Positions 9,303 through 18,898 are shown, counted from the first letter of the stretch. The stretch is DNA of 26,582 bases from Candidatus Krumholzibacteriota bacterium (GCA_963727455.1 CAVSGG010000016.1:1-26582); one strand, 5' to 3'. Program-made: numbers and translations. The notes: generated by a model not told the origin, from the sequence alone.

Positions 9303-12300
9303 AGATCACCCGGCTGGCCATCCGCAAGGGCATGACCACGCTCGCCCTCATGGCGGTGGTCAGCATCCTGGGCGTGGTGTCCTACCTGGGCCTCCCCCGC
9401 GAGAGCACGCCCGACGTGAAGATTCCCTATGTCATCGTGAGCGCGCCCTACCTGGGCACATCGCCGCAGGACATGGAGAACATCGTCACGCGCAAGCTGG
9501 AGAAGCAGCTCAAGAGCCTGGACAAGCTGAAAGAAATGACCAGCTACTCCAACGAGGGTAACTCCACCGTGGTGCTGGAGTTCACTCCCGACGTGGAGAT
9601 GTCCGATGCCCTGCAGAAGGTCCGTGACGCGGTGGAGATGGCCAAGCCGGACCTACCCCAGGACGTCAAGGACGACCTGGTGGTGCGGGAGCTCTCCGCC
9701 GATCAGTGGCCCATCATGCGCGTGGTTCTGGCCGGCGATTACGATCCGGTGGCGCTCAAGCAGGTCGCGGAAGACTTGCAAGATCGACTCGAGCAAGTCA
9801 AGGGTGTGCTCAGCGTCGATCTCTTGGGCGGAGTCGAACGTGAAGTCAAAGTCGAAGTCGATCCGGATCGGCTGCGCTTCTACGGCTTGGGCTTGAAGGA
9901 CGTCAGGGACGCCATCGCCGACGAGAACATCACGCTGCCCGGCGGGGAAATCTCCATCGGCACCTACGAGTACCAGGTGCGGGTGCCCGGGGATCTCGAA
10001 GACTACAAGCTCATCAACGACATCGTCCTCAATCCGGCTGCGCAAGACCCCGTCTACATCAAGGATGTCGCCAAGGTCTCTTTCGGGATCAAGGAACCCA
10101 CCACGATCAGCCGCCTCAACGGGCGCGACTCGGTGACCTTATCCGTGAAGAAGCGCAGCGGCGAGAACATCATCCGCATCGCCGAGCAGATTCATCAGAT
10201 CGTAGAGGATGCCAAACCTGGCTTCCCCGAGGGCACCGAAGTGGCGGTGGTCGCCGACCAGTCCACCGACATCAAGCACATGGTGAACGAGCTGGAGAAC
10301 AACATCTTGAGCGGTCTGATTCTGGTGATCGCGGTGCTTTTGATCTTCCTCGGATTCACGAACTCGCTCTTCGTCGGTCTGGCCATCCCCTTTTCCATGC
10401 TCATTTCTTTCGTGGTACTGCAGGCCTTTGGCATCACCCTGAACATGGTGGTTCTGTTTAGTCTCATCCTCGCTCTGGGGATGCTGGTGGACAACGCCAT
10501 CGTGATCGTCGAGAACATCTACCGTCACCGACACCTGGGGAAAGACGAGATCGAAGCCGCCGCGTTCGGAACCCACGAAGTCGGCGGCGCGGTGACCGCC
10601 TCCACCATCACCACCCTCTGCGCCTTCGCGCCTTTGGCCTTTTGGCCGGGCATCATGGGCGAGTTCATGCGCTACTTGCCCATCACCGTCATCATCACTC
10701 TCTCAGCCTCGCTCCTGGTGGCGCTCATCTTCAATCCGGTCCTCTGCGCGCGCTTCATGCGCGTCGACACCAGCAAGAAGAAAGTGAGGCTGGGCGATCG
10801 CCTCCTGGACTGGGGCCTCTCCACCTACGAGCCAACCCTGCGTTGGGCGCTGGATCATCGTGGGCTCTCGATGATCGGTATGTCGCTGCTTTTTCTGGCG
10901 GTGCTAGTGGCCTTCGGCATCTTCAATGCCGGAACCGAGCTCTTCCCCGACACCGATCCCACCCTGGCCTACGTCGACGTGAACGCTCCCTCGGGGACGC
11001 GCATCGAGCTCAGCGACCAGTACTCCCGGCAGATCGAAAAGGAAATCGCCAAGCTCCCCGACTTGAAGGCCTACATCACCGGCGTGGGAGTGGAGTCCTC
11101 GGGCTTCGGAGATCCCAGCAACGCCCCAGCGAATCGCTCGCGGCTCGACATGGAGTTCGTGCGCTCGGAAGATCGCCACGGAAGCTCCCGCGAGTATCTG
11201 GAGCGTCTGCGCAAGTCGCTGAAAACCTTCACCGGCGCCAAGCTCACCATCGACAAACAGGAAGAGGGTCCACCGACCGGACCTCCGGTAGACGTGCAGA
11301 TTCAGGGCGACGACTTCGCCACCCTTTCCGATCTGTCCAAGCAAATTCAAGAACTCATCGCCGACATTCCCGGCCTGGTCGATCTCCACGACGATCTCGA
11401 TCGAGGGCGCCCGGAGATCCTCATCGTACCCGATCTGGATCGCGCGGCACGCTACGGTCTGCGCACCTTCGACATCGCCTCCACCGTGCAGACCGCGATC
11501 AAGGGCGTGGAAGTTTCCAAGTACCGCCATGGGGAGGACGAGTACGAGATCGTGGTGCGCTACAACCAGCCTTCCCGCAGCAATCTGGAGAGACTGGAAG
11601 ATTTGACCGTGTTCTACGAGGGACAGAGCATTCCGCTCACCGCCTTTGCCAGAGTGACCTACAGCAGTGGAGTCAGCCAGATCCAGCGCATTGGCGGGCA
11701 GAGGGTGGTCAACGTATTGGGAGAGGCCGCCACCGGCACCAACGCGATCGCGCTCCTCTCGGAGGTGCAGCGCCGCGTGAGCCAGATCGATCTGCCCGAG
11801 GGTTACAGCATCGTCTACAAGGGTCAGAACGAGGATCAGGAAGAGTCCACCGCATTTTTGAGCAAGGCCTTCCTGATCGCGCTCATGCTCATCTTCATCG
11901 TTTTGATCACGCAGTTCGATTCGGTGACGGTTCCGCTGGTGATCATGGCCAGCGTGATCTTCTCCCTCATGGGGGTCTTCTTGGGCCTCATGTTCACGCA
12001 CACTTCTTTCGGAATCATCATGACCGGTGTCGGAGTGATTTCCCTGGCGGGGATCGTGGTGAACAACGCCATCGTTCTACTCGACTACGTCATTCAGTTG
12101 CGCCATCGCGGGCTGGACAAGCATGAAGCGCTGATCGAGGCGGGCAAAACGCGCTTCCGGCCCGTGATTCTCACCGCGGTCACCACCATCCTGGGACTCA
12201 TTCCTCTCACCACCGGTTTCTCGCTGGACTTCGACCAGCTCCTCTCGGGACACCTGAACCGCGCCATCGTTTTAGGCGGAGAGAGCAGTCAATGGTGGGG

Positions 12301-12457
12301 ACCCATGGGCGTCGCGGTCATTTGGGGACTCTCGGTGGCGACCTTTCTCACCCTGGTGATCGTGCCCGTCATGTACTCCAGTCTGGATCCGGTCAAGGGT
12401 ACCCTGCGGCTTCTCCTCTTCGATTGGTGGCGGCCCTCCAAGCGCGAATCGGCCTAA
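9299..12457 (+). CDS. RND efflux permease (AcrB/AcrD/AcrF superfamily)
   Basis: 1052 aa with the typical two-repeat layout; motifs GMLVDNAIVIVENIYRH, GIVVNNAIVLLDY and RFRPVILTAVTT. Confidence 0.96.
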   Translation: MKITRLAIRKGMTTLALMAVVSILGVVSYLGLPRESTPDVKIPYVIVSAPYLGTSPQDMENIVTRKLEKQLKSLDKLKEMTSYSNEGNSTVVLEFTPDVEMSDALQKVRDAVEMAKPDLPQDVKDDLVVRELSADQWPIMRVVLAGDYDPVALKQVAEDLQDRLEQVKGVLSVDLLGGVEREVKVEVDPDRLRFYGLGLKDVRDAIADENITLPGGEISIGTYEYQVRVPGDLEDYKLINDIVLNPAAQDPVYIKDVAKVSFGIKEPTTISRLNGRDSVTLSVKKRSGENIIRIAEQIHQIVEDAKPGFPEGTEVAVVADQSTDIKHMVNELENNILSGLILVIAVLLIFLGFTNSLFVGLAIPFSMLISFVVLQAFGITLNMVVLFSLILALGMLVDNAIVIVENIYRHRHLGKDEIEAAAFGTHEVGGAVTASTITTLCAFAPLAFWPGIMGEFMRYLPITVIITLSASLLVALIFNPVLCARFMRVDTSKKKVRLGDRLLDWGLSTYEPTLRWALDHRGLSMIGMSLLFLAVLVAFGIFNAGTELFPDTDPTLAYVDVNAPSGTRIELSDQYSRQIEKEIAKLPDLKAYITGVGVESSGFGDPSNAPANRSRLDMEFVRSEDRHGSSREYLERLRKSLKTFTGAKLTIDKQEEGPPTGPPVDVQIQGDDFATLSDLSKQIQELIADIPGLVDLHDDLDRGRPEILIVPDLDRAARYGLRTFDIASTVQTAIKGVEVSKYRHGEDEYEIVVRYNQPSRSNLERLEDLTVFYEGQSIPLTAFARVTYSSGVSQIQRIGGQRVVNVLGEAATGTNAIALLSEVQRRVSQIDLPEGYSIVYKGQNEDQEESTAFLSKAFLIALMLIFIVLITQFDSVTVPLVIMASVIFSLMGVFLGLMFTHTSFGIIMTGVGVISLAGIVVNNAIVLLDYVIQLRHRGLDKHEALIEAGKTRFRPVILTAVTTILGLIPLTTGFSLDFDQLLSGHLNRAIVLGGESSQWWGPMGVAVIWGLSVATFLTLVIVPVMYSSLDPVKGTLRLLLFDWWRPSKRESA

Positions 12458-12489
12458 ATGGGGCCTCACCGCTCGCACGGGGCATTCCC

Positions 12490-12518
12490 TTGCCGCAATC
12501 GGCTCGGAGTCTTACCAT
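12490..12518 (+). promoter_or_regulatory. Putative sigma70 promoter for the S9 peptidase gene and downstream genes
   Basis: TTGCCG-17 nt-TACCAT in the intergenic region. Confidence 0.45.
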
Positions 12519-12590
12519 GCCCGCGCGTAGAACTCGCTCTCCGCAAGCGTGAATCTCCTCGAGTTTGGCTCTCCCCTGCTAGGAGTACTC

Positions 12591-14735
12591 ATGAAGCATT
12601 CTGGCGCCGCGCGCGCTCTTTCGCTGGCGATCGTCACCCTCTTGGGACTTTTCCTATTGGTGCCACTGACGCAAGCCGCCGGCGCGAAAGAGGAGGCAAA
12701 GCAAAAGCGCGCCTTCGAAATCTCCGACTACTACCGCAGTCAAAACGTGGGCAGCCCCTCGCTGAGTCCCGATGGTGAGACCGCCGTCTTCACCCTGAGC
12801 AAAACCAATTTGGAGAAACACGAGAAGTGGTCCGATCTGTGGTCACTCGACCTGAAGTCCGGACACACCCACCAACTCACGCACCTGAAGAAGACGGATG
12901 GACATCCGCGCTTCTCACCTGACGGCAAGCACCTGCTCTTCGTGAGTGACCGCGAGGATGGCGAGGATCAGCTCTACCTGATGTCGATGGCGGGCGGTGA
13001 AGCGCTCCAGCTCACTCATTTTCCGGCCGGACTCTCCGATCCCGAGTGGAGTTACGACGGCCGCTATCTCGTCGCCACCAGTGAGGTGTATCCCGAGTGC
13101 GGCGCCGACCCCGATTGCTACACCAAGATCTCCGACGCGATGAAGGACGGGCCCTTGCACGTCCACGTTGCCGACCACCTCCTCTATCGCCACTGGACGA
13201 GCTGGAGGGACGGCCTCTACAGCCACATCATGCTCATCGACGCCGAAACCGGAGAAGTCGTGCGCGACCTCACTCCCGGTGAGTACGATGCGCCCACTTT
13301 CATGCTGGGTGGCGGACGCGGCTACGCACTGGCCCCCGACAAGAACGAGATCTGTTTCGTAAGCAATCACGACGAGGATCCCGCGAGCTCCACCAACGCC
13401 GACCTGTGGATCGAGCCGCTCGAGGGAGAGGGAGAAGCCACCAACATCACCGTGGCCAATCGGGGACACGATTCCGCGCCCCTCTACTCCCCTGACGGGC
13501 GCTACATCGCCTACCTCTCACAGGAGACCCCGGGCTACGAGTCCGACCTCTACCGGCTCGCCCTCTACGACCGCGAGAGCGGCGAGATCCGCTACCTCAC
13601 CGACCATGGCAATTTCAACGACTGGATCAGCGACTTCCGTTGGAGCAACGACAGCAAGTCGATCTATTTCGTGGGCGAGGTGCCGGCGCGCAACGCGCTC
13701 TTCCGCGTGGAGCTTTCCAGTGGCAAGGTGCAGGAGATCTATCGCAAACACGTGATCGGCGGCTTCGAGCTGGATCCCGCCACCCACTCGATCGTCTTCA
13801 ACCAGAAGGCCATGGATTGCCCCTTCGAGATGTACCGCATCGACATGAAGGGCAAGAAGAACGAACGACTGACCCACTTCAACGAGAAGCTCCAAGAGGA
13901 AGTCGACCTGCGCCCGCCGGAAGAAATGTGGGTGCAGGGCGCGGGCGACTACAAGGTGCAGATCCTGCTCATCAAGCCGCACGGCTTCGATCCCAACAAG
14001 CGCTATCCCCTCATTTTGAACGTGCACGGCGGCCCCCAGGGAGAGTGGATGGATAACTGGCGCGGCGACTGGCAGGTGTATCCGGGCAAGGGTTACGTCA
14101 TCGCCATGCCCAATCCCACCGGCTCCACGGGCTACGGGCAAGAATTCACCGACGCGATCGGCGGCGACTGGGGCGGGCGTCCCTATGAGGACCTGATGAA
14201 AGTCACCGATGCCCTGAGCCAACTGCCCTACGTGGACAAGGACCGCATGGGCCTTATGGGTTGGTCTTACGGCGGTTACATGGTCATGTGGATGGAAGGG
14301 CACACCGACCGCTTCAAGGCCGCGGCCTCCATGATGGGGGTCTACGACCTGCACTCCATGTACGGTTCGACCGAGGAGCTGTGGTTCCCCGAGCGCGACT
14401 TGCAGGGCATGCCCTGGAACAGCGATCTCTACCAGAAATGGTCTCCATCCAATTTCGAGAAAAATTTCAAGACTCCCTGCCTGGTCATCACCGGCGAGAA
14501 GGACTTTCGGGTTCCTTATCCGCAGAGCCTTTCCTATTTTACGGCTCTGCAGAGGCAGAACGTACCCAGCCGTCTGGTTGTATTCGCCAAAGCGGGACAC
14601 TGGCCCAGCTGGTACGAAATGGCCTTCTACTACAACGAGCACTTGGCCTGGTTCGCCAAGTACCTGGGAGGCGGAGAAGCGCCCTACGACCAAAAAGCCT
14701 TCTCGCGCAATCTGCTCTTTCAGGACGAGAACTGA
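12591..14735 (+). CDS. Secreted S9-family (prolyl oligopeptidase/acylaminoacyl) peptidase
   Basis: SD AGGAG and a signal peptide; TolB-like propeller repeats (SPDG); VHGGPQ; triad motifs GWSYGG, GEKDFRVP and AGHW. Confidence 0.95.
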   Translation: MKHSGAARALSLAIVTLLGLFLLVPLTQAAGAKEEAKQKRAFEISDYYRSQNVGSPSLSPDGETAVFTLSKTNLEKHEKWSDLWSLDLKSGHTHQLTHLKKTDGHPRFSPDGKHLLFVSDREDGEDQLYLMSMAGGEALQLTHFPAGLSDPEWSYDGRYLVATSEVYPECGADPDCYTKISDAMKDGPLHVHVADHLLYRHWTSWRDGLYSHIMLIDAETGEVVRDLTPGEYDAPTFMLGGGRGYALAPDKNEICFVSNHDEDPASSTNADLWIEPLEGEGEATNITVANRGHDSAPLYSPDGRYIAYLSQETPGYESDLYRLALYDRESGEIRYLTDHGNFNDWISDFRWSNDSKSIYFVGEVPARNALFRVELSSGKVQEIYRKHVIGGFELDPATHSIVFNQKAMDCPFEMYRIDMKGKKNERLTHFNEKLQEEVDLRPPEEMWVQGAGDYKVQILLIKPHGFDPNKRYPLILNVHGGPQGEWMDNWRGDWQVYPGKGYVIAMPNPTGSTGYGQEFTDAIGGDWGGRPYEDLMKVTDALSQLPYVDKDRMGLMGWSYGGYMVMWMEGHTDRFKAAASMMGVYDLHSMYGSTEELWFPERDLQGMPWNSDLYQKWSPSNFEKNFKTPCLVITGEKDFRVPYPQSLSYFTALQRQNVPSRLVVFAKAGHWPSWYEMAFYYNEHLAWFAKYLGGGEAPYDQKAFSRNLLFQDEN

Positions 14736-14772
14736 GCCTTCGCCCCTCGTGGCGCAGGAAGGGTGGACCGAC

Positions 14773-16125
14773 ATGAAGAAGATCCTGGTTCTGGGAGCGG
14801 GTCAGAGCGCCCCGTATTTGATCCACACTCTGCTGGAGAATGCCAGCGAGCATGATTGGTTCGTTACGGTCGGCGATCTCGACGTGAATCTGGCACAGGC
14901 GAGAGTGGGCCGCCACGAACGCGCGGAAGCAGTTCACTTCGACATGAGCGACGCGGATTTGCGGGAGACTCTCATCGAGAAAGCGGACGTGGTGGTGTGC
15001 ATGATGCCCCCCATCTTCCAGTCCTTGCTCGCGACCGATTGCGTGCGCCTGAAGCGTTCCATGATTTCCGCTTCTTACCGGAGCGCGGAAGTGAGAGACC
15101 TCGAACGTGACGCGGAACGCCACGGCGTTCTCATCCTCTGCGAAATGGGTCTCGATCCGGGCATCGATCACATGTCAGCCATGCACCTCATTCAATCCAT
15201 TCAGGACGAGGGCGGTAAAATCACCGGCTTTTGTTCCTACGGCAGCGGAATCCCCGCCCCGGACCAGGAACAGAACCCCCTTCGCTACGTCATCACCTGG
15301 AATCCTCGCAACGTGGTGATGGCGGGTGAGGCCGGCGCACAGTATTTGGAAGACGGCCGTATCAAGCTCACTCCCTACCACAAGGTCTTCGATCGCACCT
15401 GGCCCGTCGAGGTCAGAGGTCTAGGAACGCTCGAAGCCTACGCCAACCGCGACGCGCTCTCCTACATGAAGCTCTACGGTCTGGAAGACGTGCATACCAT
15501 GGTGCGCGGGACCCTGCGCTATCCGGGTTGGAGCGAGACCTGGTCAGCCATCGTGCACTTGGGGCTGCCCAACGAGACCCTGCGTATTCCCAATCTCGCG
15601 CAGCGCAGTCCGCAGGAAGTGGTCGAGATGTTCCTGCCCTTGAACCTGAGCGACGGGGACGTCCAAACCGAAGAACGCGCGGCGCGCTATCTCGGAATCT
15701 CCCTCACCGGAACCGTCATGAAGCACCTGCGCTGGCTCGGTCTCTTCGACTCGAAAGCCTGCGGCTGTTCCGGCGACACCGCGGCCGACATGATGGTTTC
15801 CATCCTGCGCGAGAAGCTCCCCTTGGGTCCCGCCCAGCGCGACATGGTCGTGCTGAAGCACCAGGTCGACGTGGAGTATCCGGATGAGCGGCCCGACCGC
15901 CGCGTGATCTCCACCCTGATTTCCAAGGGCGAGCCGGGCGGCTTCACCGCGATGTCCAAGGCGGTGGGATTGCCGGCGGCCATCGGCGTGAAACTCTTTC
16001 TCACCGATCAGCTGCATCTCACGGGAACCCACATTCCCACCCACCCCTCGATCTACGAGCCCGCCCTGAAGGAACTCGCGCAGGCTGGAATCAACTTCGA
16101 ACAAGAGGACGAAGCTCTCGACTGA
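14773..16125 (+). CDS. Saccharopine dehydrogenase/reductase (Lys9-like / SDH domain of LKR-SDH)
   Basis: MKKILVLGAG, ISASY, EMGLDPGIDHMSAM, NPLRYVITWNP, RGTLRYPGW and TAMSKAVGLP. Confidence 0.9.
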   Translation: MKKILVLGAGQSAPYLIHTLLENASEHDWFVTVGDLDVNLAQARVGRHERAEAVHFDMSDADLRETLIEKADVVVCMMPPIFQSLLATDCVRLKRSMISASYRSAEVRDLERDAERHGVLILCEMGLDPGIDHMSAMHLIQSIQDEGGKITGFCSYGSGIPAPDQEQNPLRYVITWNPRNVVMAGEAGAQYLEDGRIKLTPYHKVFDRTWPVEVRGLGTLEAYANRDALSYMKLYGLEDVHTMVRGTLRYPGWSETWSAIVHLGLPNETLRIPNLAQRSPQEVVEMFLPLNLSDGDVQTEERAARYLGISLTGTVMKHLRWLGLFDSKACGCSGDTAADMMVSILREKLPLGPAQRDMVVLKHQVDVEYPDERPDRRVISTLISKGEPGGFTAMSKAVGLPAAIGVKLFLTDQLHLTGTHIPTHPSIYEPALKELAQAGINFEQEDEALD

Positions 16126-16158
16126 AAGAGATCGCGTGGAGTCGACCCCTCCCTTCTC

Positions 16159-16594
16159 GATGGGACAGCAGAAAATGCAGCTGCCCGGACCCGCCGGCGC
16201 CTTGGAAGCCCTTCTGAGCCCGGTGCCCGACGGAATCACGCCCAAGCGCGCGGTGCTGCTCTGCCATCCGCATCCGCTCTACGGCGGTACGATGCACAAC
16301 AAGGTCCTGTATCGGATCGCCCGCCGCTTGCCGGTGGAAGCTGGCGCGCTGGTCGGTCTCGGTCTGCCCCTCTCGCTCGCCATGGATTTCGCCAAACTCC
16401 GGGAGATCCGCGTGCCGCTGTTGCTGGTTCAGGGCCAAAAGGACGAATTTGCCGACGAAGCGGCGGTGCGACGCTTCGCAAAGGGCCTGCCCCGGCCGCC
16501 AACCTTACATTTCGTGCCCAAGGCGGGCCATCTTTTCCAGGGGATGGAAAACGCGGCGGTGGACGCGGTAGTTCGCTTCCTGAACAAGAACTAG
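16159..16594 (+). pseudogene. COG2945-type alpha/beta hydrolase lacking its central segment (in-frame deletion or assembly collapse)
   Basis: GPAGALEALL and CHPHPLYGGTMHNKV are joined directly to LVGLGLP..VQGQKDEF..AGHLF. The family RFNFRG and GFSFG motifs are absent. Start uncertain (GTG 16136, ATG 16160 or ATG 16175). Confidence 0.65.
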
Positions 16595-16627
16595 GGGTCC
16601 GAGCCTTGCCAATCCCGGGTCAAATCC

Positions 16628-16636
16628 TGTTATACT
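16628..16636 (+). promoter_or_regulatory. Extended -10 promoter for the S1 gene
   Basis: TGtTATACT; TTGCCA lies at 16606-16611 with a 19-nt spacer. Confidence 0.55.
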
Positions 16637-16723
16637 CTCTGTTCCCCGTGAGAAACCACACGAGGGAATGCCACTGTCCGACCTCACACATGAGAATCCC
16701 GCGGATTCGAGAAAGCAGTATTT

Positions 16724-18340
16724 ATGACCCCGCAAGACAACGAGACTCAGGGCTCGGAGAACTCCGCCGTCCAGAAGGAAAACTCAACGACGAGCGAGAG
16801 CGCTGAGACTCAGCCGGATGTGCCTGCCAAGAGCGAGGAGAAAGAGGAGAGCGCGAAGCCAGAGACTCCTTCGGTGGAGATGAGCGCGCCGGAGCCCGAG
16901 AAGGCCGCGCCCACCGCGGAAGCTCCTGCGACCGAGGCGGCAGCGGTCGAGCCGGAAGCGGAGCCGGTTCCCCAGACCAAGGAAGCCGAGACCGCATCCG
17001 AGACGAAGCTGGCGGCGGAGTCCGAAGATCCCAAGCCCGCAGCGGCCGAGTCCGAGCCGGAGGAGCCGTCAGAGCCCGATCCCAAACTCGCCGCAGCCCT
17101 GCAGGAAAGCGCGGCGCGCATCGAGCCCCCACTGCGGCCGGGCAAGCGCATCAAGGTCACTCTGGTGCAGATCGCGGAGAAAGACAGCTTCGTCGACTTC
17201 GGGGGGCGGAGCGAGGGAACGATCGCCACGAGCGAACTCAAGAACGAAAAGGGAGAACTGAAGTACAACATCGGTGACGAGATCAGCGCGGTGGTACGGA
17301 AAGTTGCCGATACCCCCATCTTCACCGTGGGCCGGCGCCGCGTTCCCGCGAATCTGGGCAAGGCCAAGGAAGCCTTCGAGAAAAAGATCCCGATGGAAGG
17401 CAAGGTCAAGGCGACGAACAAGGGCGGATTCGAGGTCGATCTGCACGGCGTGCGCGCCTTTTGTCCCTACAGTCAGATTCAATTGGGATACTGCGACAAA
17501 CCCGAAGAGTACGTGGGCAAACGTCTCCCCTTCCTCATCGTCACCTTCGAGCGCGGCGGACGCAACATCGTCGTGAGCCGCAAGAACTTGTTGGCGCAGG
17601 AGCGCAAGGAAGCGGCCAAGAAACTGCTCGAGAACATCGAAGTCGGCACCGTGTTCGAAGGGGTCGTGCGCAGGCTGCAACCTTATGGCGCCTTCGTGGA
17701 CATCGGCGGTCTCGACGGCCTGGTTCACGTCAGCGAGATCTCGCACGGACGCGTCACCAATCCCCAGGACGTGCTCAGCCTGGGTCAAGAAGTGAAGGTC
17801 AAGGTCATCAAGATCGAGGGTGAGGGCAGCAAGCAACGCATCAGTCTGTCCATGAAGGAGCTCGAGGGAGATCCCTGGAACGAAGTGACCGAAAAGTATC
17901 CCGAGGGTTCGACCGTCACCGGCAAGGTGGTCAGGTTGGCCGACTTCGGCGCCTTCGTGGAGCTGGAGCCGGGAGTGGACGGCCTGATTCACGTCTCGGA
18001 GATCGCGGTCGAACACGTCGATCATCCCAGCAGCAAGTTGCAACGCGGACAGGAGCTGCAGGTGCGCGTGATCAATGTCGATCCGCAGCAGCGACGCATT
18101 TCCCTCAGTCTCTTGAGCGAGGAAGAATCGGAGCAGGCGCACGCGCGACCTGCGCGCAGCGAGCGCTCGGGCTCGGACAGAGGCGATCGCCACTCAGGAG
18201 CGAGACAGGGCCGAAGTGACGGCGCCGAGCATCACCGCTTCTCCTCGCCAGAGGAAGATTCCGAGCCGGAGCAGGATCTGACGAACATGCCCTTCGAGGA
18301 CGCTTTGGAAGCGCTCAAGAGCAAGTTCCGGGGGGACTAG
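16724..18340 (+). CDS. Ribosomal protein S1-like RNA-binding protein with four S1 domains and long low-complexity tails
   Basis: S1 repeats FVDFGGRSEG, KGGFEVDLHGVRAFCPYSQI, YGAFVDIGGLDGLVHVSEIS and FGAFVELEPGVDGLIHVSEI. It may be rpsA or a paralogue. Confidence 0.92.
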   Translation: MTPQDNETQGSENSAVQKENSTTSESAETQPDVPAKSEEKEESAKPETPSVEMSAPEPEKAAPTAEAPATEAAAVEPEAEPVPQTKEAETASETKLAAESEDPKPAAAESEPEEPSEPDPKLAAALQESAARIEPPLRPGKRIKVTLVQIAEKDSFVDFGGRSEGTIATSELKNEKGELKYNIGDEISAVVRKVADTPIFTVGRRRVPANLGKAKEAFEKKIPMEGKVKATNKGGFEVDLHGVRAFCPYSQIQLGYCDKPEEYVGKRLPFLIVTFERGGRNIVVSRKNLLAQERKEAAKKLLENIEVGTVFEGVVRRLQPYGAFVDIGGLDGLVHVSEISHGRVTNPQDVLSLGQEVKVKVIKIEGEGSKQRISLSMKELEGDPWNEVTEKYPEGSTVTGKVVRLADFGAFVELEPGVDGLIHVSEIAVEHVDHPSSKLQRGQELQVRVINVDPQQRRISLSLLSEEESEQAHARPARSERSGSDRGDRHSGARQGRSDGAEHHRFSSPEEDSEPEQDLTNMPFEDALEALKSKFRGD

Positions 18341-18348
18341 AGTCCCCC
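18331..18348. terminator. Hairpin between convergent genes, spanning the S1 stop codon
   Basis: GGGGGAC-TAGA-GTCCCCC; no U-tract. Confidence 0.35.
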
Positions 18349-18367
18349 TCGGCTTCGCGGCCGCTCC

Positions 18368-18898
18368 CTACTTGCTTCCCTTTGGGGGCGCCTCCTCGAA
18401 CAGGCTCTTCTTGGCTGGGATCTTGGCCTCCAGCTCTTTGAGAACCTTCCGCGCCAGCGCAATTGCGCCCTCCCGGTTCAGGTCCTTGGGGTCCAGTTCC
18501 ATTCCGAGCGTTCCGATCAGATTGCCCTTGGCGTCGTGGAGCGCCAGCGTGAGCTCGTAGATTGGTTCATCCTTTGAAGGAGCCTCGAGCTCGGGCTCCT
18601 GCCCGCTCATGACCTCCAGCTCGTCATCACCACACCGTTCGCCCAGATCCTCTTTGTCCGTGGCGGCAATCGTGCGACAGGTGTCGTCGAGGACGACTGC
18701 CATTTCTCCGGCTTGCACGGCAAGATGGGTCGCGACCATGTCGTCCACCAGCCACTGAGCGTAGTAGGCGGGTGGAGTTCGTACGTATTCGGACTCATGC
18801 TCTTCCTGCGACTCGTTCGCCTCTCCGTACTCGCTCTGCGCCAGTACCGGGCCAGCCAACAGGAGCAGGCCGAGTGCAGCCCACAGTATGGTCTTCAT
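18368..18898 (-). CDS. Secreted acidic protein, probable stand-alone PDC/Cache-like domain
   Basis: SD GGAGG; signal peptide MKTILWAALGLLLLAGPVLA; Cache-like motifs TIAATDKEDLGE and YELTLALHDAKGNLIGTLGM; no transmembrane anchor or output domain. The fold call is an inference. Confidence 0.7.
   Translation of the reverse strand: MKTILWAALGLLLLAGPVLAQSEYGEANESQEEHESEYVRTPPAYYAQWLVDDMVATHLAVQAGEMAVVLDDTCRTIAATDKEDLGERCGDDELEVMSGQEPELEAPSKDEPIYELTLALHDAKGNLIGTLGMELDPKDLNREGAIALARKVLKELEAKIPAKKSLFEEAPPKGSK

Noticed and set aside
10480-12080. DN and NN in place of the AcrB DD and K residues in the first RND permease
   Set aside because: VDNAIV and GIVVNNAI variants are common in a large RND subgroup, so this is not unusual.
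16600-16720. GGGAA..GCCACTG resembling part of a cobalamin riboswitch
   Set aside because: The other conserved elements and their order are missing, the region is too short, and the downstream gene is unrelated to B12.
16740-17100. Recurring GAGCCGGA/GAGTCCGA units as a possible repeat array or CRISPR
   Set aside because: They are irregular codon-level repeats encoding E/P/S/A-rich protein, with no constant repeat-spacer period.
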